Source: Klebsormidium nitens (Eukaryota; Plantae; Klebsormidiophyceae). Taken from it: DNA of 64,000 bases. The DNA is taken from NCBI GenBank assembly GCA_000708835.1, contig DF237072.1, positions 1 through 64,000 of the forward strand. Direction: 5' to 3'. This document shows, in pieces, positions 25,681 to 37,228 of this stretch. Made by a program: the position numbers and the translations under genes. Below the pieces are notes generated by a model. The model ran no database searches. It was not told the origin of the DNA and saw only the letters and a list, made by a program, of their open reading frames with translations. Every line of letters begins with the position of its first letter. Position 1 is the first letter of the stretch.

Positions 25681-28600
25681 CTAAACTGCGGTTCCTCTCT
25701 GAATGGAGCCCGTCTGAGCAGAAGTAGGAAGAGGGAGGGAAGGCTGGGCATACGGCCGCTCAAGAAGCAGAGCGCAAACGTTGCTGCGAACTCCTTGAAC
25801 AGGGACCTCGCGACCAACCAGAACGGAATTGCGTTGGGGTAAAGGAAATTGGAGGAGAAAGGGGAGGTCGAGGAGTGATGAACGAGTAACGTCGACTATG
25901 CAAAAACAGGAGTCAACCGGCCACGGCAATCGCAGTACTCCGAAAATTTCAATGCAGATCCCAAAACGAGGTTGTTGCTGATACTGGTGACGGCAAACCC
26001 TCACCGTAATCAAGTGCGTCATGTAGCCGTAGACCGTGCACCCGGCCACGGTAATTGCGCAACCCAACACGTTCAGCCCAGTCATCGGATTCTGGAACAG
26101 TATCCAGCTCACGAGAATCGACACCGCGACCTTAAGATTGCCCGCCACGTTGATGGTCACAGCGCTGCAGAAATACATCGGTCGGCCGGTTCGTTTTCTT
26201 AATGCCTTGCGAAGTGATAACTGGTCTTTCGCGGCGGCAGATTTTGGAAAAACATTCAGCTCACGAGGATCGAAATCAAAATTTTTGATTGCCTGCCACG
26301 TTGATGGTCACAGCGTTGCAGCAAAGAATCGGTTGGCCGGTTCGTTTCCTTGTTGCGTTGTGTTGAATACTAAAATTTTGCCGCAAATAATGCGTAAGCA
26401 GAGAGACAGATCTGAACACGATGACACCTGGGAAAACTTTTTGCCGAGCGGAGACCATCGGATCTGCTTCTGGGTCAACTCGCTGCCGCAGAAGCAAAGC
26501 ATAAAAGGAAAAGTAACAAGTAAGTGCGTACAATCCATCTTAGAAATGGGATTCCGCAGCGTGCGGAGAGTACACGGACCGACATGCCAACCTTGTTGTC
26601 TTGAAGAGGCCGTCTACGTGACGTCAGCCCAGGTCACTCGAAGCAGACAGATTTGCTCGGGGAAAACACTTGCGATATCAATTCCTGGCGACAACGTAGC
26701 CGAAAGGTGTGCTTCAATGTCGCTTACGTGCCGTTATCTAGGACCAGTCCAACTACGCCCTCTTTAATCGCATAGAGATCAAGAGTGAAGTCCGGAAGCA
26801 ATCGTCCACGGGCTGAAGGTCGAAACGTAGAGACGCCTTCTCAACCCATCGCGGGATAGCCCGCAGTCTTAGAAAGGAACAGGTTGGGAGGACCGTTACG
26901 TATTTTTGGTCTGATCAGTCCCAAAATCAATAAGAGATGGCAAAAAAATCTCGACGAGGTGTTGCTCACCTGGTTGCCTTGACCGCGTAGATAACCGAGA
27001 GGTTAAGCCCAAACGCAATCACCCCCGAGACGAAAATCGCCACGCAGGGGGTTGCAGCCTCCCACCCCGGTCGGTCCGCTCTCCAGGCGACGATTGGCCC
27101 CCACTCTAGATACAAGGCCGGCAGAAAAAGCAGTCCCACGGAATACGGTGCGAAGTAGTACAACTGCACAATGATGGCGCGAAACCAAAGCGGTGTGTTA
27201 GCTGCGCAAGGGGGATAAGAGGTCGAACGCCATGGTTGCAGCTTGAGCAGATGGCCGATCGGTCCGCTCTCCAGGCAACGATTGGCGCCCACTCTAGATA
27301 GATTGCAAGCAGAAAAAGCAGTCCAACGGAGAAGGGGGCAAAATGATATAACTGCGCAAGAGAGTGGGAAAAAGCAAAGAAAGCATCACGGCGTGTTGAC
27401 CGGCCAATCAGGCCATTAGGCGGCGATAGACGACCACTCTAGGTAGATTGCCGGCAGAAGTGTGATCCCACGGAGTAGGGGGCAAAATAGTACAACTGCA
27501 CGAGAGGGTAGCAAGAAGCAAAGCACCATATGCTGATTAACGGCCAACCAGGCCGTCAGGCGGCAATCAATGCCCGGTTTAAGGAATCGGCTGAAAGACA
27601 AAGTCGTCCCGCGAAGTAAAGGTGCGAAATAGAAAACTGCGCAGGGGACAATTTTCAAGGGTCAGTGCCACAGCATATGGGAAGCACCAACCAGTGAGGC
27701 TGTCAGGCGGCAAATGATGCCCACTCTAGATACAAAGCCGGCAAGAAAAGTAGTCTATCGGAGCAGGGTGCCAGTGGGTACAACTGAGCAAGCGGGGTCC
27801 GAAAAGCCGAATCGGTTGCCCAGAGGTAGCGCATATCGGGCCAGTCAGGAGGTCAGGCAACAATTTACGCCCACTCCAAGTAATCCGATGGCAGAATATC
27901 CAATCCACGAAACAGGGTGCGAAATAGTCAGGGTAATGGAAAGGATGATACTTGATCGTGCTTATCTGAAGAACGTTCACGAAGCACGCAACAGGGAATT
28001 GAGCACCTCGCGCAGATATGAACCTGACGTCATCAATCACGTCCTCAACGACGTCAGAAGTTGCGAAACACCATGTTCAGTGATGCTGCCCACTTCGAGC
28101 TTCCCCCTCTAGAGCAGCTCGCTCAAGATCATTCTGGGGGCGCTGGCGTTGGCGGAACGCGCACGAAGCACTCAAAATTGTCCCGAGTAATCAAAGCTGA
28201 CGCGTCCGATGACGTCAGCACTCGCGGCTCACCGTGTTCATGCTCTCGGGTTAAAGCTTACCGTTCATGAGCAGCTCACACATAACCATGTCAAAGACGT
28301 TGGCGAGACACGCAGCAAGCACTCGAGTCCGTCCCACAGATATGAAGCCAACGCCAGTATTGACGTCATTGATAACGTCAGCATTAACGGCTTACCGTGT
28401 TGATGCTGTCCAGCTCGAGCTTGCCCTCCATGAGTAGTTCGGTCATGATCATCTGGAGAACGTTGGCGAAACACGCGGCGAAGACGCAGATCTTTCCGCA
28501 GATATAAAGCTGACGTGATCAATGACGTCATCGATAGCGTCAGAAGTTGCAGCTCACCGTGTTGATGCTGTCCAGTTCGAGCTTGCCCTTCATGAGCAGT

Positions 28601-31304
28601 TCCGTCATGATCATCTGGAGGGCGTTGGCGAAACACGCGGCGAGAGCGCAGATGAATCCCGTGAGGACGAAGCTCAGTTCGGTGACGGTAGTCAGCGCGA
28701 CTCCGGCAACGATCGGCAGAAGGGAGGCCCATATCCGGACGTCGTAGTCGCGCGCGAAGAAGAGCGTTTCCAGAATCACTGCAGATTCGGAAAGAATTTT
28801 TTGCTGAGTCGAGTCACAGCATGCGGAGAGGGGGTAATCAGGATTGGCGACCTTGCATCGCCTTTTTTCAGGAACGGAGTATGCGTGCTTGACTCGTGCT
28901 GGCAATCGAAATCCAATGCGGTTGCCTCTAGAAGGTTGTCTTTTTGGAAGCTGTATTTGCTCTACAAAAGAATAAGTTTTTACTGTCACTGAAGGAGATA
29001 ATGATCAACGAAACTCAGAGAGCGATACTGTTCTTTCTGCTTCACTTCTGACTTTTCCTCCAGCCGCGATTCGGAATTTCAAGGAGCAAGGAAGTCCATA
29101 TCCAAACGACGTAGTCGCGTTCGTACAAAAGATATCTATCGTCATTGCCACGTGAAACGAATCACTTGCTCAGACACAGCAAAGGGGAGGGGGGGGACGG
29201 AGACAACAACTGCTGCGGTAAATCTCCTGTCCTGCGGCTCTTGAACTCGCTTGCCAAACAGGATGTAATGAAACAAAGTGGGTCTGGAGATGCAAAGAGG
29301 ACATCATTGCTCAATTGTAGTCGTAGCTGACGACGAAGCTCACAGGACTTGCAGCGGTTTGTCTAGTACGGAGACGGAACCTAAGACACGAAATTGGATC
29401 CGGAAAGAGGGATTAAAGAACAGGAAACGCCAGGGCAAGGGGTGTGAAAAGAAGAACACGAGAACGACGCAGAAGGAAAGGAAAAAAATGAGTAGAAAGC
29501 GGTTGCCGAACATGTCGTCAATGTCAACTCGACAAGGGTCGTATTAAGCAACTCCGAGACGGAGTGTTTGACTTGGCTCTGCCCTTGTGAAGTCAGGAAA
29601 GCCCATCATTAAATGCCGTACTCAATCAGAAGGGATATGCACCTCAGAGAGCTGGAGTATCTGAATTGAGGGCCGCTTAGAGCTGCTGGGATGGAGCAAA
29701 GCGAATGTGCCTTAGAACTCCCCTTTGTCTAGATAGGGTAGAGACATTTCTGACAGCATCCACAACGTGATGGATCATCAAAGCATGTGGAACGAATATT
29801 CAACTGCGGTGGCCAGAGATGGAGTAATAACAGCTACTACGTGAATAGAGATCGGGGCATGAGGAACGGAAAAACAAACACCGACTCCCGGAATGAACTG
29901 CTTGACGGTCTGCATACAGCTGCCCGGTCTCCAGCGAAACGCCAGTAACCTCCAATATGTCTTTGTCTATGGTGAGGAGAGACAGTAAAAACAACACCCA
30001 CGACTCGATAGATCGTAAAATCATGAAGGAGAGATACTCACCTCCAACCGCTGGAGTAAACGACTTGACGGTCTGCATGAAGCTGACGGGGATGTAGCGG
30101 AGCGCCACGTTTCCAAGAACGATATTCGCCATGGAGAGTGCGGACACGGGGAGGACGCGTGCAACGCGGTCCTGCCAGCTGGCGACCACGATCAGGGGGG
30201 TCAACTTGAAGACCTGCATAATAAACGTTTGAATACATCTTGATTCTACCGTACAGAGTGTGATTGGGATGAAGACCTGAGACGTCTGACATGGAGAGAT
30301 GCACATGTGCGGTCCTGCCAGCTGGCGACCAAGACCAAGGGGGTCAGTTTAAAGTCCTGCAAACGAATCTGACGAAGTCAAGATTCTGACTGCGTCAGCC
30401 GTAGTCAGGGATCTACCTTGTGGGGTGTTTCATGGGAAGTCTCAAACGTAATATGTACTGATGGAGTCAGCTTGGAAACTTGACACTTTTTTGTGATCGA
30501 GAATGCGTTACGCGGTCCTGCCAGCTGGCGTCCACGATTAGGGGGTTCAAACTAAAGACCTGCCGAGGATCTTGACTATGTCAAGGACTGTACTTTGGGC
30601 AACCGAATGGCTTTTGAGAGGAAGGGTAAAAGCAACAACAAGAACTGTGGCCGTTCCACTCAGTGGTTGGTGTTTGCTGGATGTTGACATAACTGTGTAG
30701 AGCTGACATGATTGGACCGAGAAGTGATTGCCACATCATCAATGGCAGAGATTGTAAAAGCTGACCGCGGCCAACAAATTGGTCGAAGGAGCACAGAGCG
30801 TCTCTTTCAAAATCAAACAACTTGAGAATTTCGGAGAGGCAGGACTGAAGGGGCAAGTTAAGCATCTCTGTTGAAAATCTTGTCAGACAAACTATTCTGT
30901 CGGTGAGACCAGTGAAGAAAGAGGAGAAGGGTTGAGTATGTAGAAATGTAGAGTTGAGTTCTCACGTGAATGTACAGGTATGCGCCCAGCCACGATAAGC
31001 TAAAGTGAATGGTGGTCAGCGTGAGTGGAAACGTGAACTCGTACACTTGGAAGATGTACTTATTTAACAGTACTATGAGTACATTCAACGTCCACCATTG
31101 AAGAATAGCTGCGGCAGCCGCAACTTGGCCCCTAACTTCAATGTCGTGTGCCCCTTCTTTCCCTGGTTGAAATATTGATAAGAAAGAAGAAGGTGGGGAG
31201 GGTTTTCGGCTTGGGCTTCCATGCTTGTTTGAACTCTTAAGCTTTTCTTGATTGTGTGGAGCAAGGAGCGAGGCGGTTTCAGAAATGATTCCGTTGGCAG
31301 CCAT
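25681..31304 (-). CDS. Nucleotide-sugar transporter (TPT/DMT family), UDP-galactose transporter / GONST5-like
   Basis: Exons 30966-31304, 30042-30213, 28558-28778, 26970-27163, 26005-26164, plus an uncertain last exon ~25681-25806. Motifs: ILQWWTLNVLIVLLNKYIFQ, FTFPLTLTTIH, NIVLGNVALRYIPVSFMQTVKSFTP, IWASLLPIVAGVALTTVTELSF, DSINTLYY, AVTINVAGNLKVAV, GCAITVAGCTVYGY. Confidence 0.93.
27164..28557 (-). repeat. Intron 3 of the transporter filled with echo copies of both flanking exon edges
   Basis: About five copies of the exon 4 start (27260-27930; CCACTCTAGATA...GCAGAAAA...TACAACTGC on +) and about four copies of the exon 3 end (27930-28520; CCGTGTTGATGCTGTCCAG...CGTTGGCGAAACACGC on +). Confidence 0.92.
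29880..30570 (-). repeat. Echo copies flanking transporter exon 2 on both sides
   Basis: GCGGTCCTGCCAGCTGGCG...GGGGGT...AAG/AC.CTGCA recurs at ~30305-30360 and ~30510-30565 (acceptor side). TTGACGGTCTGCAT recurs at ~29900 (donor side). Confidence 0.85.
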
Positions 31305-31389
31305 GATTCTTGCTGAAACCTACTGGAGTGTCAGGTGCTAGGTGTTCCTTCTCTGATCTTTAACAGCACGCAGCATTTCTCGACCTGAC

Positions 31390-32200
31390 AGCGTTGGCTT
31401 AATAAAACTGGTCTCCTTGATCCAACCAGAACAAACCTCTGTCCTTCATTTCAGCGTCAGACTTCTTTCTAGCTCTTCGCGCTTCGCTTGATCTGCGTGT
31501 CAACGTTGGCAGATCTCTCAAGATCTCTCGAAAAACGTCTTCGCGGAGCTTCATCTGCCTCCCAGTCCCATGATCTGTCAAAGTACGTTGGTGTCCTCCC
31601 CACATACCGTAGGTGGTATAGGTGGTACAAAAAAAAAAATCAATCCTCTGTAGTGCATCGAGCGAGTCAGAAACAGCGTACTCAACGACAACTTTGGGAC
31701 ACTGGCGAGGGACAAGGAAGTTCAAAACAGAGAAGAAAGCTTTGTTGCCAATGCCAGTGTTGGGCATCAAACCCTGAACATCAAGTGACCAACTGGCCGG
31801 AAAGTGGGATGTTTTCAAGACCGTGGCGCCGAAGGGAAAGCTGGAAGGAAGATTAGGGTTTTGAGCGCCTACATCTTGGTGAGCGGCATTGGAAACGCCC
31901 TTGCCATCCCTGCAAGAGCGTTACCTTTCAATCTTTGAGCTCGTGAAGCCTCCGTGCAAAACAAGAGCTAGCTCAGCGCTTACCTAGTAGGTGGGCAGCA
32001 GACTTCAGATGCCGCATCTGATGCGATTGGAGTTTTTCTGAACCTGTCCGCGCCATTCTTTTTGGTCCTCTGCCAACATAGCAAAACAGTTCCCTCAAAA
32101 CCGAAGCACAAGTTGCAAAGAGGAGCGTAGCGTAGCCGCCCCCATGTCGAAGAAAAACAAGCTGAGCACGAGGAAGCGCCTTCACGATGCGGAACTTAAG
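31390..32200 (-). pseudogene. Possible decayed FkbM-like (class I SAM) methyltransferase relic
   Basis: Interrupted frames give FFDMGAA (resembles FxDVGAN), SLDVQG (resembles KIDVEG) and CPKVVVEY (resembles PxIxxE) in the expected order. Internal stops. Motif resemblance only. Confidence 0.3.
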
Positions 32201-32625
32201 AGTGAGTATCTGGTCTACAGAAGGTTGTCTGTCGCGAAAGGATTGCCGTCAAACTCTAGTACCTGGCTTCACTTGAGAACGGTAGCAAATTAATGCTCTT
32301 GTCAGAGTTCTCATCCAGTTTTGTTACGCTGTGGTAACGGCGGCAATCTCTTGCCCGTGTTTCTTTTTATATGTGGCACATCCCTGGGGCTTTCAAGTCT
32401 TTTTTCACTTACTTGATAGTAGTTACTTTGAGTTTCGTTAGCAAGAAGGCCTTTTGAGTCCTGGTGCCAGTGATGGGACGTGTCAGCAGATTCATGCAAG
32501 AAGCTCATATGAGTCAGCATCGAGAACCACTCTGATCAGAGTTTCATGGTGACTGATCGCTACACTCAAAACGTTCATGGGTGATGGAAGAGGATAGTGC
32601 GGACACCATTGAAGGCGGTTGTGAT

Positions 32626-32665
32626 CCTAACCCAAACCCTAACCCTAACCCTTACCTAACCCACC
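32626..32665 (+). repeat. Short interstitial telomere-like (CCCTAA/CCCAAA) tract
   Basis: CCTAACCCAAACCCTAACCCTAACCCTTACCTAACCC. Looser tracts occur at ~44581-44615 and ~1060-1080. Confidence 0.6.
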
Positions 32666-32699
32666 TTTGGATTGGTCAACGCTTAGTGGCATCATGAGC

Positions 32700-34300
32700 A
32701 CTCTGGAGAGGGTCATGTTCTCTTACTTGATCAGAAGCGCCTCCGGATCCCATCCTGCCTCGTTGCGCAGCAGTGCGGATTTTCCTAGCACGTAGTTCAG
32801 CAACTTCAGATGGGCTTTAAAACTGGGCTCAAACCAACATAAGGTTGTCTTATAGGGAACAGTTGTAAGACCTTTGGAGTTCTCAAATGAAGGTGCTGTT
32901 TATTCAGCTCAGTTCTGTCGCACCAGGAGCATTGGTAGACACTTCTGCTTTGCCCATAGGATTCGTGTTGAATCCCGTACTGTGGATTGAGAATCTTCGT
33001 TGATTATGTGGATGACTTTAAAACCCCTCAGCTGATGTGTAGCTGCCTTCCACAAGCTTTAGGTTTGATCCCTATTGTAAAGTCATATGAATCATGCTGG
33101 AGTCGGCGCCAAAGAAGTGCTGCTTGTCTTTGCCCCATTACGCCCCAGGTGTAAACTTTTTTGGAGATTTGTTCCTGCGCAAAAGGTTTGTCAGTATCTG
33201 GGGCAAGTTTGGTAGTTGGGAGTGAGCAGGAATGGACCTTTTGTCCGATTGGCAGCCAATGTGGGGCTTTGGAATTTGCAACGTACTTTTTCCACTCCCC
33301 TCTTGTCCTATGAACCAGCAGTGTTCCTGTTTGCTGAATGGATCTGGCCCGGAACCTTCTTTCTGATCCTTTTCTTTCTACACATGGAGAGCTAGCGCTG
33401 GTAAAGAAGCAAGAGACACCTGCGTTCTCGTTAAGGCAATTGCTTTTGGTCGACAGGTCAGGCTAGCTTAACAACAGGTCAACCTCTCTGGCAGACTGGC
33501 GAAGGTGCAGCCAAACAATGGATCCGTCCCTCGTGTCATTACTGGAAAGAGAGATGTTTGTCCGCCAATCGCGTACATGTTGCTCGATTGGATGGTGTCG
33601 GAAAAGAGATCTTGATCCTGAAAGAGCAGACTACCAGATAATCATTTTGGAATCTTGTTCGTCAAGTTCGAATAAAACGGGCGGACAATGACTATCCCTC
33701 CTGCGAGCCTCGTAGTGCCTGTCGCCTGCTCAACTTAGGACTGCCGCTGTTGGGTCCTCGTACAAGCCCCTGGAATCGAGTTGAGGACCTGTTGAGTACG
33801 GGTAGATAATGTCTGGCGGTCTGATGGGGCGCCCCCAACTTTCTATCCGGAGGTTTTCAGGGGATTTGTTCGAATGCAGAAAAGGACTGTTGCTGCTGGT
33901 CTACTTGGGTGCTGGTACATGCCAAACCGAGCTCTGAAAAAGGTTAGCCTTGCTTATTTTCTATCTGGCAATCGAGGGTCCTGATATTCTTAGTTGGGGT
34001 GCAGTCTTAGTTGGGGCGCAGTCATAGGATCTGATTCTGACGTCTCGCCGAACTTTTGCAGAGGAGCGAGAAGAGAAGGACAAGCGAGAGGCCAAGATGA
34101 AGAAAAAGGCGGAAAAGCTAAAGGTGAGACGCAATCCTCGGAAATCGAGGCCTGTACTGTTGCCCGTTGTTTGCAGGCTGGGGTGGCGGAAGTAATTGCC
34201 GACTGATGCTGAACTTTTCCGTAGATGGAGTGCTTGGACGGCCCTAAGTCCAGCTTACAAGTTCTTCTTTTGAATGATGTGACTTCGAAGAAAGTCTCCA
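32700..34300 (-). mobile_element. Heavily decayed Ty1/copia-like gag-protease relic
   Basis: Broken frames contain FASLPERL (cf. gag LAGLPxxY), a decayed knuckle-like RCKF..P..AANR and HFFGADSSMIHMT (cf. copia protease WxxDSGAxxHMT) in copia order. No LTRs or RT seen. Confidence 0.3.
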
Positions 34301-34610
34301 CTCAATCTGGACGAAAGCTTGCGGTGAAACAGCCTCAAAAGTTCCGCGTATGAAAGTGCCCGGTATCTTTGTAGCTTGTTGTCCATTGCGCCGTGATTGT
34401 GAGATTCCAAAATCGTACGGGGCTGCGGCACCTAGTACGAGACATTAGACATTTGCAGCAACAATCGCTGTTGGTTTTTAACGTCAACAAGTTTTTGTTA
34501 TCTAGTCTTCAGCCGTTGGTGAAATGTCAGGAGGTTTGAGTTAAGCGCGAAAGCCGTTCCTCGAAATTTCCGGAAGTAGCATCAAGTTTTGAAAGCCGGC
34601 CAATGATTGG

Positions 34611-34860
34611 AAGACTGGTGCGCCCAATCTCGGACGATTCTAAACCCGAACGGGCAAACCCGATATCTAATTTCGGACTCAGTTAACACAGTCTGCGGCT
34701 CCTCGTGCGCGTCGGTTCTCGATGTCGTGTGTCAAAGTACCATCAGGAGACGAGCCGCGCGCGACAGCGTTACACACGCGCGTGTGCAGCCGCAGACTTG
34801 TTCGGATAGTCCGAAATTAGATTTCGGGTTTGCCCGTCCGAGATTGGGCGCACCAGTCTT
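34611..34860. mobile_element. MITE (~250 bp) with long terminal inverted repeats
   Basis: Left end AAGACTGGTGCGCCCAATCTCGGACG...GGCAAACCCGATATCTAATTTCGGACT...AGTCTGCGGCT is the reverse complement of the right end ...AGCCGCAGACT...AGTCCGAAATTAGATTTCGGGTTTGCCCGTCCGAGATTGGGCGCACCAGTCTT. A clean TSD is not evident. Confidence 0.85.
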
Positions 34861-37228
34861 ATATTCTGTAGATCAACTCTGTGATTCTTTTATTCCACAT
34901 CGCAATGAGCACTTACATGTCGATTGTCCCTGGTTGCTCCGTAGGTCAACCCTGGTAGTTCGTTGGCGAAACAACACAAGAGAGGCTTAAAGGTGGGTCG
35001 GCAAAAGCAGTTCCGGTTAGCAAAGCCGGCCGAGAAGCGGAAGCAGAAGGCATTGAGTGCAATGGATCTTGATTAACATAAGCAGCTCTACGTGTAGTAA
35101 TTTATGTACATATAAGGGAGCATTGAAGTTCTTCTCAGGTCTTACGATCTGAACTCGGTTCAAGACCGAGGTGATACCTTCGAGCTTGTTGTGAAGTCGC
35201 TTGACTTGATCACGCGGTTAAATCCAAGATTGGCCCGACTGTACCTGCATAAGTGTTATCTGTGAAGGTAATAGGGCTTACACGGGGGACGTTTGCAAGT
35301 AAGCTAATGCATCATTGGAACCGAGAAATTTTCTGAGGCCGTTGTCCAGACCCACATTTATTCACGAAGTATGCCACCGGACAGCGCCCGGGCCCAAACC
35401 GTCCGGGCGGGCCCGGGTACGGCCGAACCCGGCCCGGCCCGGGCCTGGAATTGGAACCGGTCGGAGACATGATTGCATGCCAGTTGAGTTGTTGCGCGTT
35501 CAATCCGACTCATGCAGATATGCCAACTTATGCCTCGGTGCGCTGGCATCATGTGGCCGCCTCGATCTGCATGAATGATGCCGGCGCTGACAGCGAGTGA
35601 CAATCGAATATTTGCATTTACAGCCGATCCGATCTAGCTGAATTGCCGGGGGCCGGAACTTGTGACGGTTGCAGTCATGGTAGAGTGCAGTGCCTTTTCT
35701 ACATGTGTCGTGTTGAGCGGAGCTTACCGTCGGCCAACGGTCTAATATAGTAATCGGATCGCGCCAAACGCCGCTCTGAGGCCTTCACACACACACCGTG
35801 GCACGAAATATCAAATTGACTGGGAGCCATACCTGCTTGCTAAGGCACGTACATGTATATGCAACGATAGTGGGTTTGTAACGTACATGAAACTTCGAAG
35901 GTGTATCGTGATATATGGCGTCAGATATGATTCATCTCTTCAAGTTGCATGGAGCGAAACAGGCGGCCGACCGTGGCGGCTAGCTCATGAGCAAACATTT
36001 AGTAGCATGCTGGGCCGGGCCGGCGCGGCCCGTCTGCACTATTATAGGCGACGAGCTTAGTACGCGTATGGCAGTGCGTGGGTCCTCATGGCATCTATAC
36101 GAGTCGTATGCGTATACAATCATGCACATTAAAATCTTTATCAGTCGGATCAATCATGAATCGACCCTCTCAAGCTCAAGCCGGCCTGCTCTTACACACG
36201 TGATTGCGAGTTTCGAATGATAATGCCGGCAACTGCTCAAGCTAGGTAAATCTCCTCCCTCTAGAGTCCCAGCTAATTCTTCAACCCAATTATTCCCCTT
36301 TGGCCCGGTCCCAATCAGCCACGAGAGTTTCTCCGCTAAAGCATGTTGCCGAGACGTACAACCGCATTCTTCTGCCGGCTCAATCTAAATACACGATTAG
36401 ATATACAGTTTCAGGGCCAGAGTCAAGTACGTCTGACGGAATTTTCTTTTCTCCCGCGCTCAAATTTCACCCGCTCACCGTTCAGCTTGTACAATTACAA
36501 ATTCTAGTTCCGACCCTGATATTCGTACATCTACGAAAACTTTAAGCGCCGCCGCCTAAGTTCCTTCTTGTTACCAAATGCTTTGTACTGTTCGCAACGC
36601 CGCGTTGTTCTGGGGATATTGTACAGGTGAATCATACCTACCCTACACGGATTGCAATGTCCCACGGTAACAAGATGCATAGCTCTCTTGGACTCGGTTG
36701 ACCGACTACGGTGCGTGTTTGACGAGGCTCTCTAATTAGGATACACTAATGGACCGCTCCGTAAGAATGGGGCCCCGTACCGTACACATCCCTATCTTTA
36801 AACTTGCTCCTTACATGACGAGCTGATCGCTGAGGGGAAAAAGCGAGCATCTGTGCGTGCAAAATAGCGGCAACGATACCTGAATAATCCTGCGTGCCAG
36901 ATCTTACACCGCCTTGCTTTTAAGTTACGAGTGTGCTGCAAGAAGGGAAAACAGCGGTCGGCTTTAGCTCAAGCACTCGAATCAAAGATCCGAATTGTGT
37001 CAATTCTTTTGTTCTTTGCCTTGGGTTTGCCTTGCTTCAAAGGCTTAGCAGACGTACTTGCGGAAGCAAGCGAAAGCAGTATCTCATATGCGGGAGGTAG
37101 CCGTTCTTCGATTTCTCAACGCCTTCAAATCGGCTCGCAGGTGCCAAGGGCAAGGCCCTCAGCGCAGAGTTTGACCCGAAACTCGTAGAAGCAACATCAA
37201 TTTGCAAAGATTTCCAACCCATACGCAC

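Noticed and set aside
26036-26767. 243-aa + strand ORF
   Set aside because: Antisense to transporter exon 5, its echo (~26290-26340) and intron.
31973-32185. GIY-YIG-like reading (FCYVGRG...H)
   Set aside because: A single short motif. Another frame of the same DNA fits the FkbM-like interpretation slightly better; both are weak.
35380-35460. GC-rich GGCCCGG palindromic cluster as a transposon end
   Set aside because: No convincing partner TIR or TSD found.
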